From: Myxococcota bacterium
GTDB lineage: Bacteria; Myxococcota_A; UBA9160; UBA4427
Direction: 5' to 3'
Assembly: GCA_965250285.1 (NCBI GenBank)
Contig: OZ252299.1
Span: forward strand, 6,112,001 to 6,176,000
Length of the DNA: 64,000 nt
Shown: positions 45,755 through 54,136 of the stretch, piece after piece
How the letters are laid out: every line of letters starts with the position of its first letter
Numbering within the stretch: the first letter of the stretch is position 1
Program-made: the position numbers and the translations under genes
The notes under the pieces: generated by a model
What the model saw: only the letters and a program-made list of their open reading frames with translations
Database searches by the model: none
Told to the model about the DNA's origin: nothing

Positions 45755-46996
45755 ATGGATCAAGCCTCTCTCGTCACGTTCTTCCGCGAAGTACCCGGCG
45801 GCGATCTGATCGTCCTCGGTCTCTTCTTCGCGCTCATCGTCCTGATCTCGTTCGTCTTCGGCGCGCTCGGCCGAAGCCGCGACGACGGCGCGGCCGCTGC
45901 GCCGAGCCTCGAAGCGCAGGCGGCCCCGGCCGAGCCGGTACCCAGCCCGGTCGCCGAGCCCGTCCCCGAAGCCGTCGTGCCCGAGTCGGAGCCCGGGGTC
46001 GATGCGGTGGCGCCCGTCGCGGAGCCCGCGCCCGCTCCCGAGCCTGCGCCCGAACCGGAGCCCGAACCCGAACCCGCACCCGAGCCGCCGCCGCGACGCG
46101 TCTCGTTGCGCGAGCGACTGACGCGCACGAGCGAGGCGTTCGTCGGTCGGCTCGGCGGGCTCCTCGGCGGACGCCAGCTCGATGCCGATCTGCTCGACGA
46201 GCTCGAAGCGCTGCTCTTCACCGCCGACCTCGGGGTCGCCACGGCCGAGGATCTGCTCGAGCGGGTGCGCAGTGAAGGGGCCGGAGCCGACGGTGACCGC
46301 GTGCGGCAGATCCTGCGCGAGGCGATCGAGGAGAAGCTGCAGCGGGTGCAGCCGCCCGACGACGTGCTCGCGGTGACGGGCAAGCCTCATGTGATCCTCG
46401 TGCTCGGCGTGAACGGCGCCGGCAAGACGACGACGATCGGCAAGCTCGCAGCCCAGCACGCGGCGGCGGGTCGAAAGGTGATCCTCGGCGCCGGCGACAC
46501 GTTTCGCGCCGCGGCGATCGAGCAGCTCCAGGTCTGGGGCGAGCGGGTGGGCTGCGAAGTCGTGGCGGGCCAGCCGGGCGGCGACCCGGCGGCCGTCGCG
46601 TTCGACACGGTGAAGGCGGCGATCGCGCGCGACGCCGACGTCGCCATCGTCGACACGGCCGGCCGCTTGCAGACGAAGAAGCCCCTCATGGAAGAGCTCG
46701 GCAAGATCGCGCGCGTGATGGCGCGCGACCTCGAGGATGCGCCCCACGAGCGGCTGCTGGTGCTCGATTCGAACACCGGCCAGAACGCACTCAGCCAGGC
46801 GAAGCTCTTCAGCGAGGTCACCGACATCACCGGCCTCGTCCTCACGAAGCTCGATGGGACCGCGAAGGGCGGCGTCATCGTCGGCCTCGCCGACGAGCTC
46901 GGCGTGCCCGTGCACTTCGTCGGCGTCGGCGAGGGCATCGAAGACCTGCGCCCCTTCGACGCCCACGAGTTCGTCGACGCCCTGTTCGAGGGCTGA
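45755..46996 (+). CDS. ftsY: Signal recognition particle receptor FtsY with N-terminal TM and Pro/Glu linker
   Basis: GVNGAGKTTTIGKLA, GDTFRAAAIEQL, DTAGRLQ, TKLDGTAKGG, GVGEGIEDL. Confidence 0.95.
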   Translation: MDQASLVTFFREVPGGDLIVLGLFFALIVLISFVFGALGRSRDDGAAAAPSLEAQAAPAEPVPSPVAEPVPEAVVPESEPGVDAVAPVAEPAPAPEPAPEPEPEPEPAPEPPPRRVSLRERLTRTSEAFVGRLGGLLGGRQLDADLLDELEALLFTADLGVATAEDLLERVRSEGAGADGDRVRQILREAIEEKLQRVQPPDDVLAVTGKPHVILVLGVNGAGKTTTIGKLAAQHAAAGRKVILGAGDTFRAAAIEQLQVWGERVGCEVVAGQPGGDPAAVAFDTVKAAIARDADVAIVDTAGRLQTKKPLMEELGKIARVMARDLEDAPHERLLVLDSNTGQNALSQAKLFSEVTDITGLVLTKLDGTAKGGVIVGLADELGVPVHFVGVGEGIEDLRPFDAHEFVDALFEG

Positions 46997-47212
46997 TCCC
47001 GCGCCCACGCGGCGAGTGCGCGCGAGCCGCTGCTCGCCCATTGCCTGCGGGTTGCCGGTGCCCTGCGTCGCGTTGTCGCGCCCCTCGCGGCGTCGCCTCG
47101 CGCGCGCAGACGGCCCGCGACGGCGGCCCTGCGCTCGGCCCGAGGCGCGCTCGATCCAAGGTCAAGTGTGCGTCGACCTCCGCCGATTCGATCCATATCG
47201 GGAGGACAAGAC

Positions 47213-47569
47213 ATGGGATCGTTCATCGACGCGCTCCGCCACTACGCCGACTTCTCGGGTCGCAGCTCGCGGCGCGCCTTCGGGCTGTATCACCTGCAGA
47301 TGATCGCTCTGGGCGTCGTCATTGGTCTGGCCGAAGACATGATGGGGCTCGCGCCGGCCGACGACGTCGGGCTGCTCACAAACCTCTACCTGCTCGTCAT
47401 GCTGCTGCCGACGGTCTCGATCTGCGTTCGGCGACTGCACGACATGGGCTACGGCGGCGGCTGGGTGGCGCTGACCCTCGTGCCCCTCGTCGGCTTCGTC
47501 GTCTATCCGATGCTGTTCGCCTGGAATCGAGACGACGACAACGAGTACGGCCCGCTCGTCTGCACCTGA
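47213..47569 (+). CDS. DUF805 membrane protein
   Basis: YADFSGRSSRRAF, PTVSICVRRLHDMG, NEYGP; ATG 47213 after GGAGG. Confidence 0.88.
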   Translation: MGSFIDALRHYADFSGRSSRRAFGLYHLQMIALGVVIGLAEDMMGLAPADDVGLLTNLYLLVMLLPTVSICVRRLHDMGYGGGWVALTLVPLVGFVVYPMLFAWNRDDDNEYGPLVCT

Positions 47570-47614
47570 GCCACGCCGGTTCGACGCCGAAGCGTTCGCA
47601 TCACGCCGCTCGGG

Positions 47615-49222
47615 CTAGGTGCTGAACGAGTCCGCCCGCGCCGCGCGCCACTCGTCGCCCCAGGGCTCGGGCGCGCCTCCGTCGATCAGCTGACCCGGCT
47701 CGAGGAAGACGCGCAGCTCATCGAGGCGCGCGATCTGGTTGGGTGCGACCCGGCGATACACGTGGTGCGGCTCGATCTGCGAAGGGTGATCGAGTCCGCA
47801 GGCGGCCGTCATCTCGGCCACGGCCTCGACGGTCGACGCGTGGAAGTTGTGCGCCCGCTTCGCTTTCTCGTCGACGATCAGGGCGCGCTGCAGGTGCGGG
47901 TCCTGCGTGGCGACGCCGACCGGGCATTTGTTCGTATGGCACAGCTGTGACTGGATACAGCCGACCGAGAACATGAAGCCGCGCGCCGCGTTGACCCAGT
48001 CGGCGCCGATCGCCATCGCCGTGAGAATCGCCGAGCTGTTGATCCGCTTGCCGCTCGCGACCAGCCGGACGTGATCGCGCAGCCCCGACCCGACCAGCGC
48101 ATTCTGTACGCAGACGAGCGCGTCGATGAGCGGCATGCCGAGGTGATCCGAGTACTCGAGCGGGGCGGCGCCGGTGCCGCCCTCGCCCCCGTCGACGGTG
48201 ATGAAGTCGGGGTGGATCCCGGTCTCGAGCATCGCCTTCACGACGGCGAACACCTCGGCCGGCCGGCCGACGCAGAGCTTGAAGCCCACCGGCTTGCCGC
48301 CGCAGCCTTCGCGCAGCTGCGCGATGAACTCGCAGAGCTCGATCGGCGTCGAGAAAGCCGAGTGGCCCGGCGGCGAGAAGCAGTCCTCCCCGACCGGCAC
48401 GCCGCGCGCTTCGGCGATCTCGGGCGTCACCTTGGCGCCCGGCAGGATGCCGCCGTGCCCCGGCTTCGCGCCCTGTGAGATCTTCAGCTCGATCATCTTG
48501 ACCTGGTCGCTTCGTGACGTGTCTTCGAAGCGGGCCGGGTCGAAATGGCCCGCCCCATCGCGGCAGCCGAAGTAGCCGGTGCCGACCTGCCAGACAATGT
48601 CGCCGCCGGGGGCGCGGTGGTGAGCGCTGAAGCCGCCCTCGCCGGTGTTGTGTGCGAAGCCGCCGAGCTTGGCGGCCGTGTTGAGCGCGCGGATCGCCTG
48701 CGCGCTCAGCGCACCGAAGCTCATCGCCGAGACGTTGAGGATCGAGGCCGAGTAGGGCTGCGTGCATGCGGGACCGCCGACGTCGACGCGGATCTTGCGT
48801 CCCGCATCTTCGACGATCGGCTTCGGGCTCATCGAGTGCGCGATGAACTGGTACCCGACGCCCTCGACGTCGAGCTCGGTGCCGAACGGTTTCACGCCGG
48901 GGATCTGCTTCGACCGCTCGTAGACGAGCGCGCGATCGTCCCGCGAGAAGGGACGCCCACTGGTGTCGCTCTCGAAGAAGTACTGGCGAATCTCGGGGCC
49001 GGTGCCCTCGAGTAGGAACCGCAGGTGCCCGAGCACCGGATAGTTGCGGAGGAGGCTGTGTCGCTGCTGGACGAGATCGACCGCGCCGACGACGAGCAGG
49101 GTGGCGGAGATCACGAGCCCGACGGCCGACCACGGAGACCACAAGAGGCCGGCGGCGAAGCCGATGGTCAAGATGCCCAGCGCGGGCATCACGTAGCTCC
49201 GGATGGAGTGAATCAAGTCCAC
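47615..49222 (-). CDS. FMN-binding glutamate synthase-family protein with N-terminal TM segments
   Basis: SAMSFGALS, NTGEGG, ELKISQGAKPGHGG, DGGEGGTGAAP, CIQSQLCHTNKCPVGVATQ. Confidence 0.9.
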   Translation of the reverse strand: MDLIHSIRSYVMPALGILTIGFAAGLLWSPWSAVGLVISATLLVVGAVDLVQQRHSLLRNYPVLGHLRFLLEGTGPEIRQYFFESDTSGRPFSRDDRALVYERSKQIPGVKPFGTELDVEGVGYQFIAHSMSPKPIVEDAGRKIRVDVGGPACTQPYSASILNVSAMSFGALSAQAIRALNTAAKLGGFAHNTGEGGFSAHHRAPGGDIVWQVGTGYFGCRDGAGHFDPARFEDTSRSDQVKMIELKISQGAKPGHGGILPGAKVTPEIAEARGVPVGEDCFSPPGHSAFSTPIELCEFIAQLREGCGGKPVGFKLCVGRPAEVFAVVKAMLETGIHPDFITVDGGEGGTGAAPLEYSDHLGMPLIDALVCVQNALVGSGLRDHVRLVASGKRINSSAILTAMAIGADWVNAARGFMFSVGCIQSQLCHTNKCPVGVATQDPHLQRALIVDEKAKRAHNFHASTVEAVAEMTAACGLDHPSQIEPHHVYRRVAPNQIARLDELRVFLEPGQLIDGGAPEPWGDEWRAARADSFST

Positions 49223-49353
49223 GGTCGAGTGCCTCCTACTGGGGCCGAGTCTAGTCGTGCCTCGCCCGGGCTGCCCCGCCCGAGCGTTGGACGAGACGCT
49301 GCGGTGTCGGAGGTGCTAGCTTCGCGGCGTCCCACCATGAGGAGTGCCCCCCG

Positions 49354-49746
49354 ATGCCCCGCCTTTCGCTTTCGAACCTGGTCCGCGTCACGCTGCTCGC
49401 ATCCATCGTCCCGTGGATCTCGTTGGGCTGCGCCCACAGTCAGGCCGTCGAGGCCGAACGCACGTTGGCTGCCGCCGGCTTTCAGATGCAGCTCGCGACG
49501 ACGCCCGAGCGCCAGGCCGAGCTCGAGAAGATGCAGCCGCGCAAGCTGACCCCCGTGCCGAAGGGGGACGAGACGGTCTTCATCTACGCCGACCCCGACT
49601 ACTGCAAGTGCCTCTACGTCGGTGACCAGCGCGCCTACGGGCGCTACGAGCTGCTCGAGCGCCGCGCTCGCCTCGCCGAAGGCGTCGAGATGAACGCGAT
49701 GGACATGGACTGGGGTGTCTGGGGTCCCTGGCGCCCCTGGTACTGA
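49354..49746 (+). CDS. Hypothetical lipoprotein
   Basis: Lipobox-like SLGC, LAAAGF, YADPDYCKCLYVG; AGGAG SD upstream. Confidence 0.7.
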   Translation: MPRLSLSNLVRVTLLASIVPWISLGCAHSQAVEAERTLAAAGFQMQLATTPERQAELEKMQPRKLTPVPKGDETVFIYADPDYCKCLYVGDQRAYGRYELLERRARLAEGVEMNAMDMDWGVWGPWRPWY

Positions 49747-49884
49747 GCCCGCCTCGGGCTGCATCGTGGCGCGGGGCGAGCTGCCGGAGCGCCGACCGAT
49801 CGTGCGTGAACGCCTGGGCTGGCCGCGGCATGCGCCGCACGGCGCCGCTGTTCGCACGTGCACACCAACTCGCGGGTGAACACC

Positions 49885-51627
49885 ATGGCGAAGTCGCTCT
49901 GCAGCACGCTCCTCGATCTGCTTCACGAAGCCGGTGCGCGTCGCATCTGGGGCATGACGGGCGATGTCCTCAACCCGCTCCTCGAGGCGATCCGCACCGA
50001 CGACCGCTTCGAGTGGATCGGGGTGCGCCATGAAGAGCACGCCGCATACGCGGCGGCGGCCGAGTCGGAGCTGACGGGCGGCATCGGCGTCTGTGCGGGC
50101 ACCGCGGGCCCCGGTGCGCTGCACCTGATCAACGGTCTGTACAACGCGCAGAAGGAGGGCGCCGGGGTCGTCGCGATCACCGGCCAGCTCGCACGGGCCC
50201 AGCGTGGCGCCGACTTCCACAAAGAGATGGATCTCACGCGCATCTTCGAGGACGTCTGCGCTTATCAGGCGATCATCGAGACGCCCGAGCAAGTGCCGCG
50301 GATGGCCGAGATCGCGATCCAGAAGGCGCTCGTCGAGCGTGCCGTCACGCGCATCGAGCTGCCGGCCGACGTGATCGGCGCGGCCCACGTCGGCGAGCGG
50401 TTCCGTCACCCGCTCGTGCATGCGCTGCCCCGCCCGTGCCCACCTCGCGATCAGCTCGAGCGCGCTGCGGAGGTGCTCGCGAAGGCGTCGCGGGTCACGC
50501 TCTTCGCAGGCGTCGGCTGTCGCGGCGCCGTCGATCAGGTGGTCGAGCTCGCCGATCGGCTGGCGGCGCCGATCGCGCATACGCTGCGTGCGAAGGAGCT
50601 CTTCGACGGCGTCTCGTCGCACGTCGTCGGGCTCACCGGCCTGCTGGGCAACCCGGCGGGCTATCACGCCGTACGTGACTGCGACGCACTCTTCATGATC
50701 GGCACGGATTTTCCCTACGACGAGTTCCTGCCCGATGGTCGGCCGATCATCCAGCTCGACCGCATCGTCGACCACATCGGGCGTCGCGCGCCGGTCACGG
50801 TCGGCCTCGTCGGCGACGTCGGCACGACGCTCGCCGAGCTGAACCCGATGTGCTCGGGCGATTCGAGCGCGTTCCGGGACAAGCTCACGAGCGTGTTCGG
50901 TCGCTGGCAGGGCCGGATGGACGAGCAGGCGCGCCTCGACAAAGCGACCGATCCGCTTCCGCCTCAGGTCGTCGCGCGCGCGATCAGCGAGCACGCGCCC
51001 GACGACGCGATCTTCGCGCTCGACGTCGGTGACTGCACCATCTGGCTGGCGCGGCAGATGAGCCTCGCCGGTGAACGCCGAGTCGTGAGCGGCTTCAACC
51101 ATGGCTCCCTCGGTTCGGGGCTGCCGCTCGCGCTCGGGGCCGCGGCGAGCCACCCCGAGAAAGAGGTGTGGGCGCTCTGCGGTGACGGCGGTTTCGGCAT
51201 GTCGATGAACGACTTCGTGACCGCGGCCCGATTCGGTTGGCCCATCAAGGTCATCGTGCTCAACAACAGCGAGCTCAGCTTCGTCAAGATGGAGATGGAG
51301 GTCGCTGGGCTGCCGACCTACCCCGCTGCGACCGGCCTCGTGAACCCCGACTTTGCGGCCTTTGCGAAGGCGTGCGGCGGCCAGGGTGTGCGCGTCGAAC
51401 GGCCCGATGAGATCGCGCCCGCGCTCGAAGCGGCATCGGCCGCCGACGGGCCGTTCTTGATCGACGCCATCGTATCGGCGGGCGAGCTCTCGATGCCCCC
51501 GCACGTCGGCGTCGACCAGGCCTGGGGCTTCGGTGTCTCGAAAGTCAAGGAGGCGCTGCTCGGTCTGCGCGGCGATCACGAGGTGTGGTCGGAGTGGCGC
51601 GAGGAGATCCAGTCCCTGCTTCGGTAG
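49885..51627 (+). CDS. poxB: Thiamine-pyrophosphate-dependent pyruvate oxidase/dehydrogenase (PoxB-like)
   Basis: RHEEHAA, GPGALHLINGLY, GTDFPY, FNHGSLG, GDGGFGM...LNN, FVKMEM, NPDFA. Confidence 0.85.
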   Translation: MAKSLCSTLLDLLHEAGARRIWGMTGDVLNPLLEAIRTDDRFEWIGVRHEEHAAYAAAAESELTGGIGVCAGTAGPGALHLINGLYNAQKEGAGVVAITGQLARAQRGADFHKEMDLTRIFEDVCAYQAIIETPEQVPRMAEIAIQKALVERAVTRIELPADVIGAAHVGERFRHPLVHALPRPCPPRDQLERAAEVLAKASRVTLFAGVGCRGAVDQVVELADRLAAPIAHTLRAKELFDGVSSHVVGLTGLLGNPAGYHAVRDCDALFMIGTDFPYDEFLPDGRPIIQLDRIVDHIGRRAPVTVGLVGDVGTTLAELNPMCSGDSSAFRDKLTSVFGRWQGRMDEQARLDKATDPLPPQVVARAISEHAPDDAIFALDVGDCTIWLARQMSLAGERRVVSGFNHGSLGSGLPLALGAAASHPEKEVWALCGDGGFGMSMNDFVTAARFGWPIKVIVLNNSELSFVKMEMEVAGLPTYPAATGLVNPDFAAFAKACGGQGVRVERPDEIAPALEAASAADGPFLIDAIVSAGELSMPPHVGVDQAWGFGVSKVKEALLGLRGDHEVWSEWREEIQSLLR

Positions 51628-51707
51628 CGTCGCGCGAGGAGATCCAGTCCCTGCTTCGGTAGCGTCGCGCGAGGAGATCCAGTCCCTGCTTCGGTAACGT
51701 CGCGCGA
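51598..51707 (+). repeat. 35-bp tandem repeat (3 copies) duplicating the poxB 3' end
   Basis: CGCGAGGAGATCCAGTCCCTGCTTCGGTA(G/A)CGTCG at 51598, 51633 and 51668. Confidence 0.92.
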
Positions 51708-52600
51708 TGAGTTCAGGGCCTGATCGAGACGGGCGCGCGCCCTCCCGACGAGGTCGCTTCGAGCCTCACTTCGTCGAGCACATCGCATCGGCCCGGCTCC
51801 TCCATCACACGCGCCGTCATCGCAAGGGGCTCGGCCCGTTCGCCCTCGACGAAGCCACCGACCGAATCACGCTGCCGCCGACCCCGGTGGCCGCGTTTCG
51901 GCACCTCGGCTCTCCTCGGCGCATCGGTTGGTGGATCGCGCTGCTGTTCGCGATCGGGGCTTCGCACTTCATGGTTGCGTCCGCGCTGGCGCTTGCTCAG
52001 GGCGCGGGCTTTACGGTCGCCGGCGCACGCACACAGGCGTGGATCTACTTCGTCGGATCGATCTTCTTCACCAGCGCTGCCTGGTTGCAGTGGCTCGAGT
52101 CGCTCAACTATTCGCTCGGAGCGCGCACCGGTCGGTTCCGGTTCTTCGGCGTGCGCCCCCGCGATCTTGGCTGGCTCGCGGCCACGACCCAGCTCGTTGG
52201 CACGCTCCTCTTCAATCAGAACACCGGGGCCGGACTCTTCGACCTCGAGACCTGGCAACGCATCGATCTCTTCGTGTGGACGCCCGACATGGTCGGGTCG
52301 GTCTGCTTTCTGGTGGCGAGTCTGCTCGCGACGGCCGAGTGCCTGCGCGGCGGGCGCCTCGTGCAGCCGTGGAGCGTGTCGTGGTGGATCGTGGTGGCGA
52401 ACCTGCTCGGTTCGGTGGCCTTTCAGGTTTCGGCGATCGAGGCCTTCGTACCACCGCAGGGGGCCGACCCGCGCCTCATGGGCTGGAGCACGGCCATGAC
52501 GCTCGTGGGCGCCGCGTGTTTCTGGGTGGGCGCCGTTCTGCTGATCCCCGAGCTCAACGAGGAGATCGCCGAGGCGACCGAGCCCGCCGAGTCGTCTTGA
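51707..52600 (+). CDS. YrhK-like polytopic membrane protein
   Basis: Six hydrophobic segments with a recurring G-[SAT]-x-x-F motif (IGASHF, VGSIFF, VGTLLF, VGSVCF, LGSVAF, VGAACF). Confidence 0.65.
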   Translation: MSSGPDRDGRAPSRRGRFEPHFVEHIASARLLHHTRRHRKGLGPFALDEATDRITLPPTPVAAFRHLGSPRRIGWWIALLFAIGASHFMVASALALAQGAGFTVAGARTQAWIYFVGSIFFTSAAWLQWLESLNYSLGARTGRFRFFGVRPRDLGWLAATTQLVGTLLFNQNTGAGLFDLETWQRIDLFVWTPDMVGSVCFLVASLLATAECLRGGRLVQPWSVSWWIVVANLLGSVAFQVSAIEAFVPPQGADPRLMGWSTAMTLVGAACFWVGAVLLIPELNEEIAEATEPAESS

Positions 52601-52631
52601 AACGGGGGCATCTGGATCGCCGCTCTCGCGG

Positions 52632-53960
52632 TCAGGTCGGCGGTGCCGTCGCGTCTTCGCTGCGGAGCGTTCGCCCGAGCAGGGTCTCGTAGATCGGATG
52701 CCCGCCGAGCACTTCCGCCGTGTGGGTCGCGGCGAGGCACGTGACGAGGAGCACGAGCACCAGGTCGAGCTCGCCCGTCATCTCGATGGTCAGCACGATG
52801 CCGGTGATCGGCGCTCGGACGACGGCCGAGAACAGGGCGGCCATCCCCGCGACGGCGAACACGCCCCCGGGCGGCATCGAAGGGCCGAACGAGTCGATCG
52901 CGAAGCCGCCGAAGAGCACGCCGGCGATCGTTCCGAGCGCGAGCATGGGTGCGAAGATGCCGCCCGCGACGCCCGTCCCATAGGAACCGATCGTCATGAC
53001 CATGCGGACGACGAAGAGCAAGAGCAGTGCGGCCGCGTCGAGGTCGAGATCGAGCACTTCGTGGATGGTGCGGTAGCCGCCCCCCGCGTAGCCCGGGTTG
53101 TGCGTCGCGAGCATCGCGATGGCGGCCCCGGCGATCGCGGCCGAAGCGAGTCGCTTTCGTGCGGTCCACTTCGACGATACGTCGACGACCAGCAGGATGC
53201 CCTTCGAGAAGACGATGGCGACCACGCCGAGGATCACGCCGAAGGCCAGAAACGCGGGCAGGCTGATGAGATCGGGCGGCACGGTCGCGCCCGGGTCGAG
53301 CACCGGCGCCTGCCCCGAGATCGCGCGCACGACGACGTCGGCGCTGACCGACGCGATCAATACGCCCTGGAACGGCACGAAGCCGAAGCGGAAGTGCGGC
53401 CGCATCTCTTCGAGGACGAAGAGGGCGCCGGCCAGCGGCGCGTTGAACGCCGCCGACAGACCCGCAGCAGCGCCGGCTGCCACGAGCACGTGGCGCGCTT
53501 CGGCGTCGAGCCGAAAGATCCGGCCGAAGGCCTCGCCGGCGTTGCCGCCCATCTGCACCGAGGGGCCCTCGCGCCCGAGCGCCATGCCGCCGCCGAGCGC
53601 GAGGGCCGCGCTCGTGAACTTGACCGGCAGGACCCGCGTCCAGCGCAGCGGGCGCACGCCCGAGAGCGCGCCTTCGATCTCCTGCACGCCGCTGCCCGCC
53701 GCCTCGCGGCAGAAGCGCGCAACGAGCCAGTGGGCCGCACCGGCGAGTGCGGCGCCGATCACGGCGGCGAGGCCGAAGCGCAGCAGCGGCGAATCGCTCG
53801 AGGTCGACGTCCACGAGATGCCGCCCGACTGAATCCAGTCGATGACGATCTCGAGCGCGGCGGTGAGCGCCCCCACGGCCAGGCCGACGAAGACCGCCGA
53901 GATCGCGATGCCCAGCGCGCGGAGCGGGGGGCGATTCGGGGCTGAAATCGAATCCGGCAT
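52632..53960 (-). CDS. clcA: ClC-family H+/Cl- exchange transporter
   Basis: GSGVQEIEG, LGREGPSVQ, AFNAPLAG, EEMRP, GGIFAPM, PIYE. Confidence 0.92.
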   Translation of the reverse strand: MPDSISAPNRPPLRALGIAISAVFVGLAVGALTAALEIVIDWIQSGGISWTSTSSDSPLLRFGLAAVIGAALAGAAHWLVARFCREAAGSGVQEIEGALSGVRPLRWTRVLPVKFTSAALALGGGMALGREGPSVQMGGNAGEAFGRIFRLDAEARHVLVAAGAAAGLSAAFNAPLAGALFVLEEMRPHFRFGFVPFQGVLIASVSADVVVRAISGQAPVLDPGATVPPDLISLPAFLAFGVILGVVAIVFSKGILLVVDVSSKWTARKRLASAAIAGAAIAMLATHNPGYAGGGYRTIHEVLDLDLDAAALLLLFVVRMVMTIGSYGTGVAGGIFAPMLALGTIAGVLFGGFAIDSFGPSMPPGGVFAVAGMAALFSAVVRAPITGIVLTIEMTGELDLVLVLLVTCLAATHTAEVLGGHPIYETLLGRTLRSEDATAPPT

Positions 53961-54136
53961 CAAGGCTCGCCAATCATGTGGGGTCCGAGTCGATCCGTCA
54001 TCGCGGCCCTCACTATAGAGCGCCCGGGCGCCGGTCGGCTTCTCCGGGCTGCGCGGCGATGGCCGGCCCTTGCCGGCGTCTGGATCGCGGGCGATCGTCC
54101 AGCCACGAATCCCCGAGAGGCCCGTGGAGCACCCCG

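Noticed and set aside
46020..46090. Pro-Glu repeat in FtsY
   Set aside because: Acidic low-complexity linkers are normal in FtsY N-terminal regions.
51598..51707. CRISPR array from 35-bp repeats
   Set aside because: Units are directly adjacent with no spacers and copy the poxB coding end.
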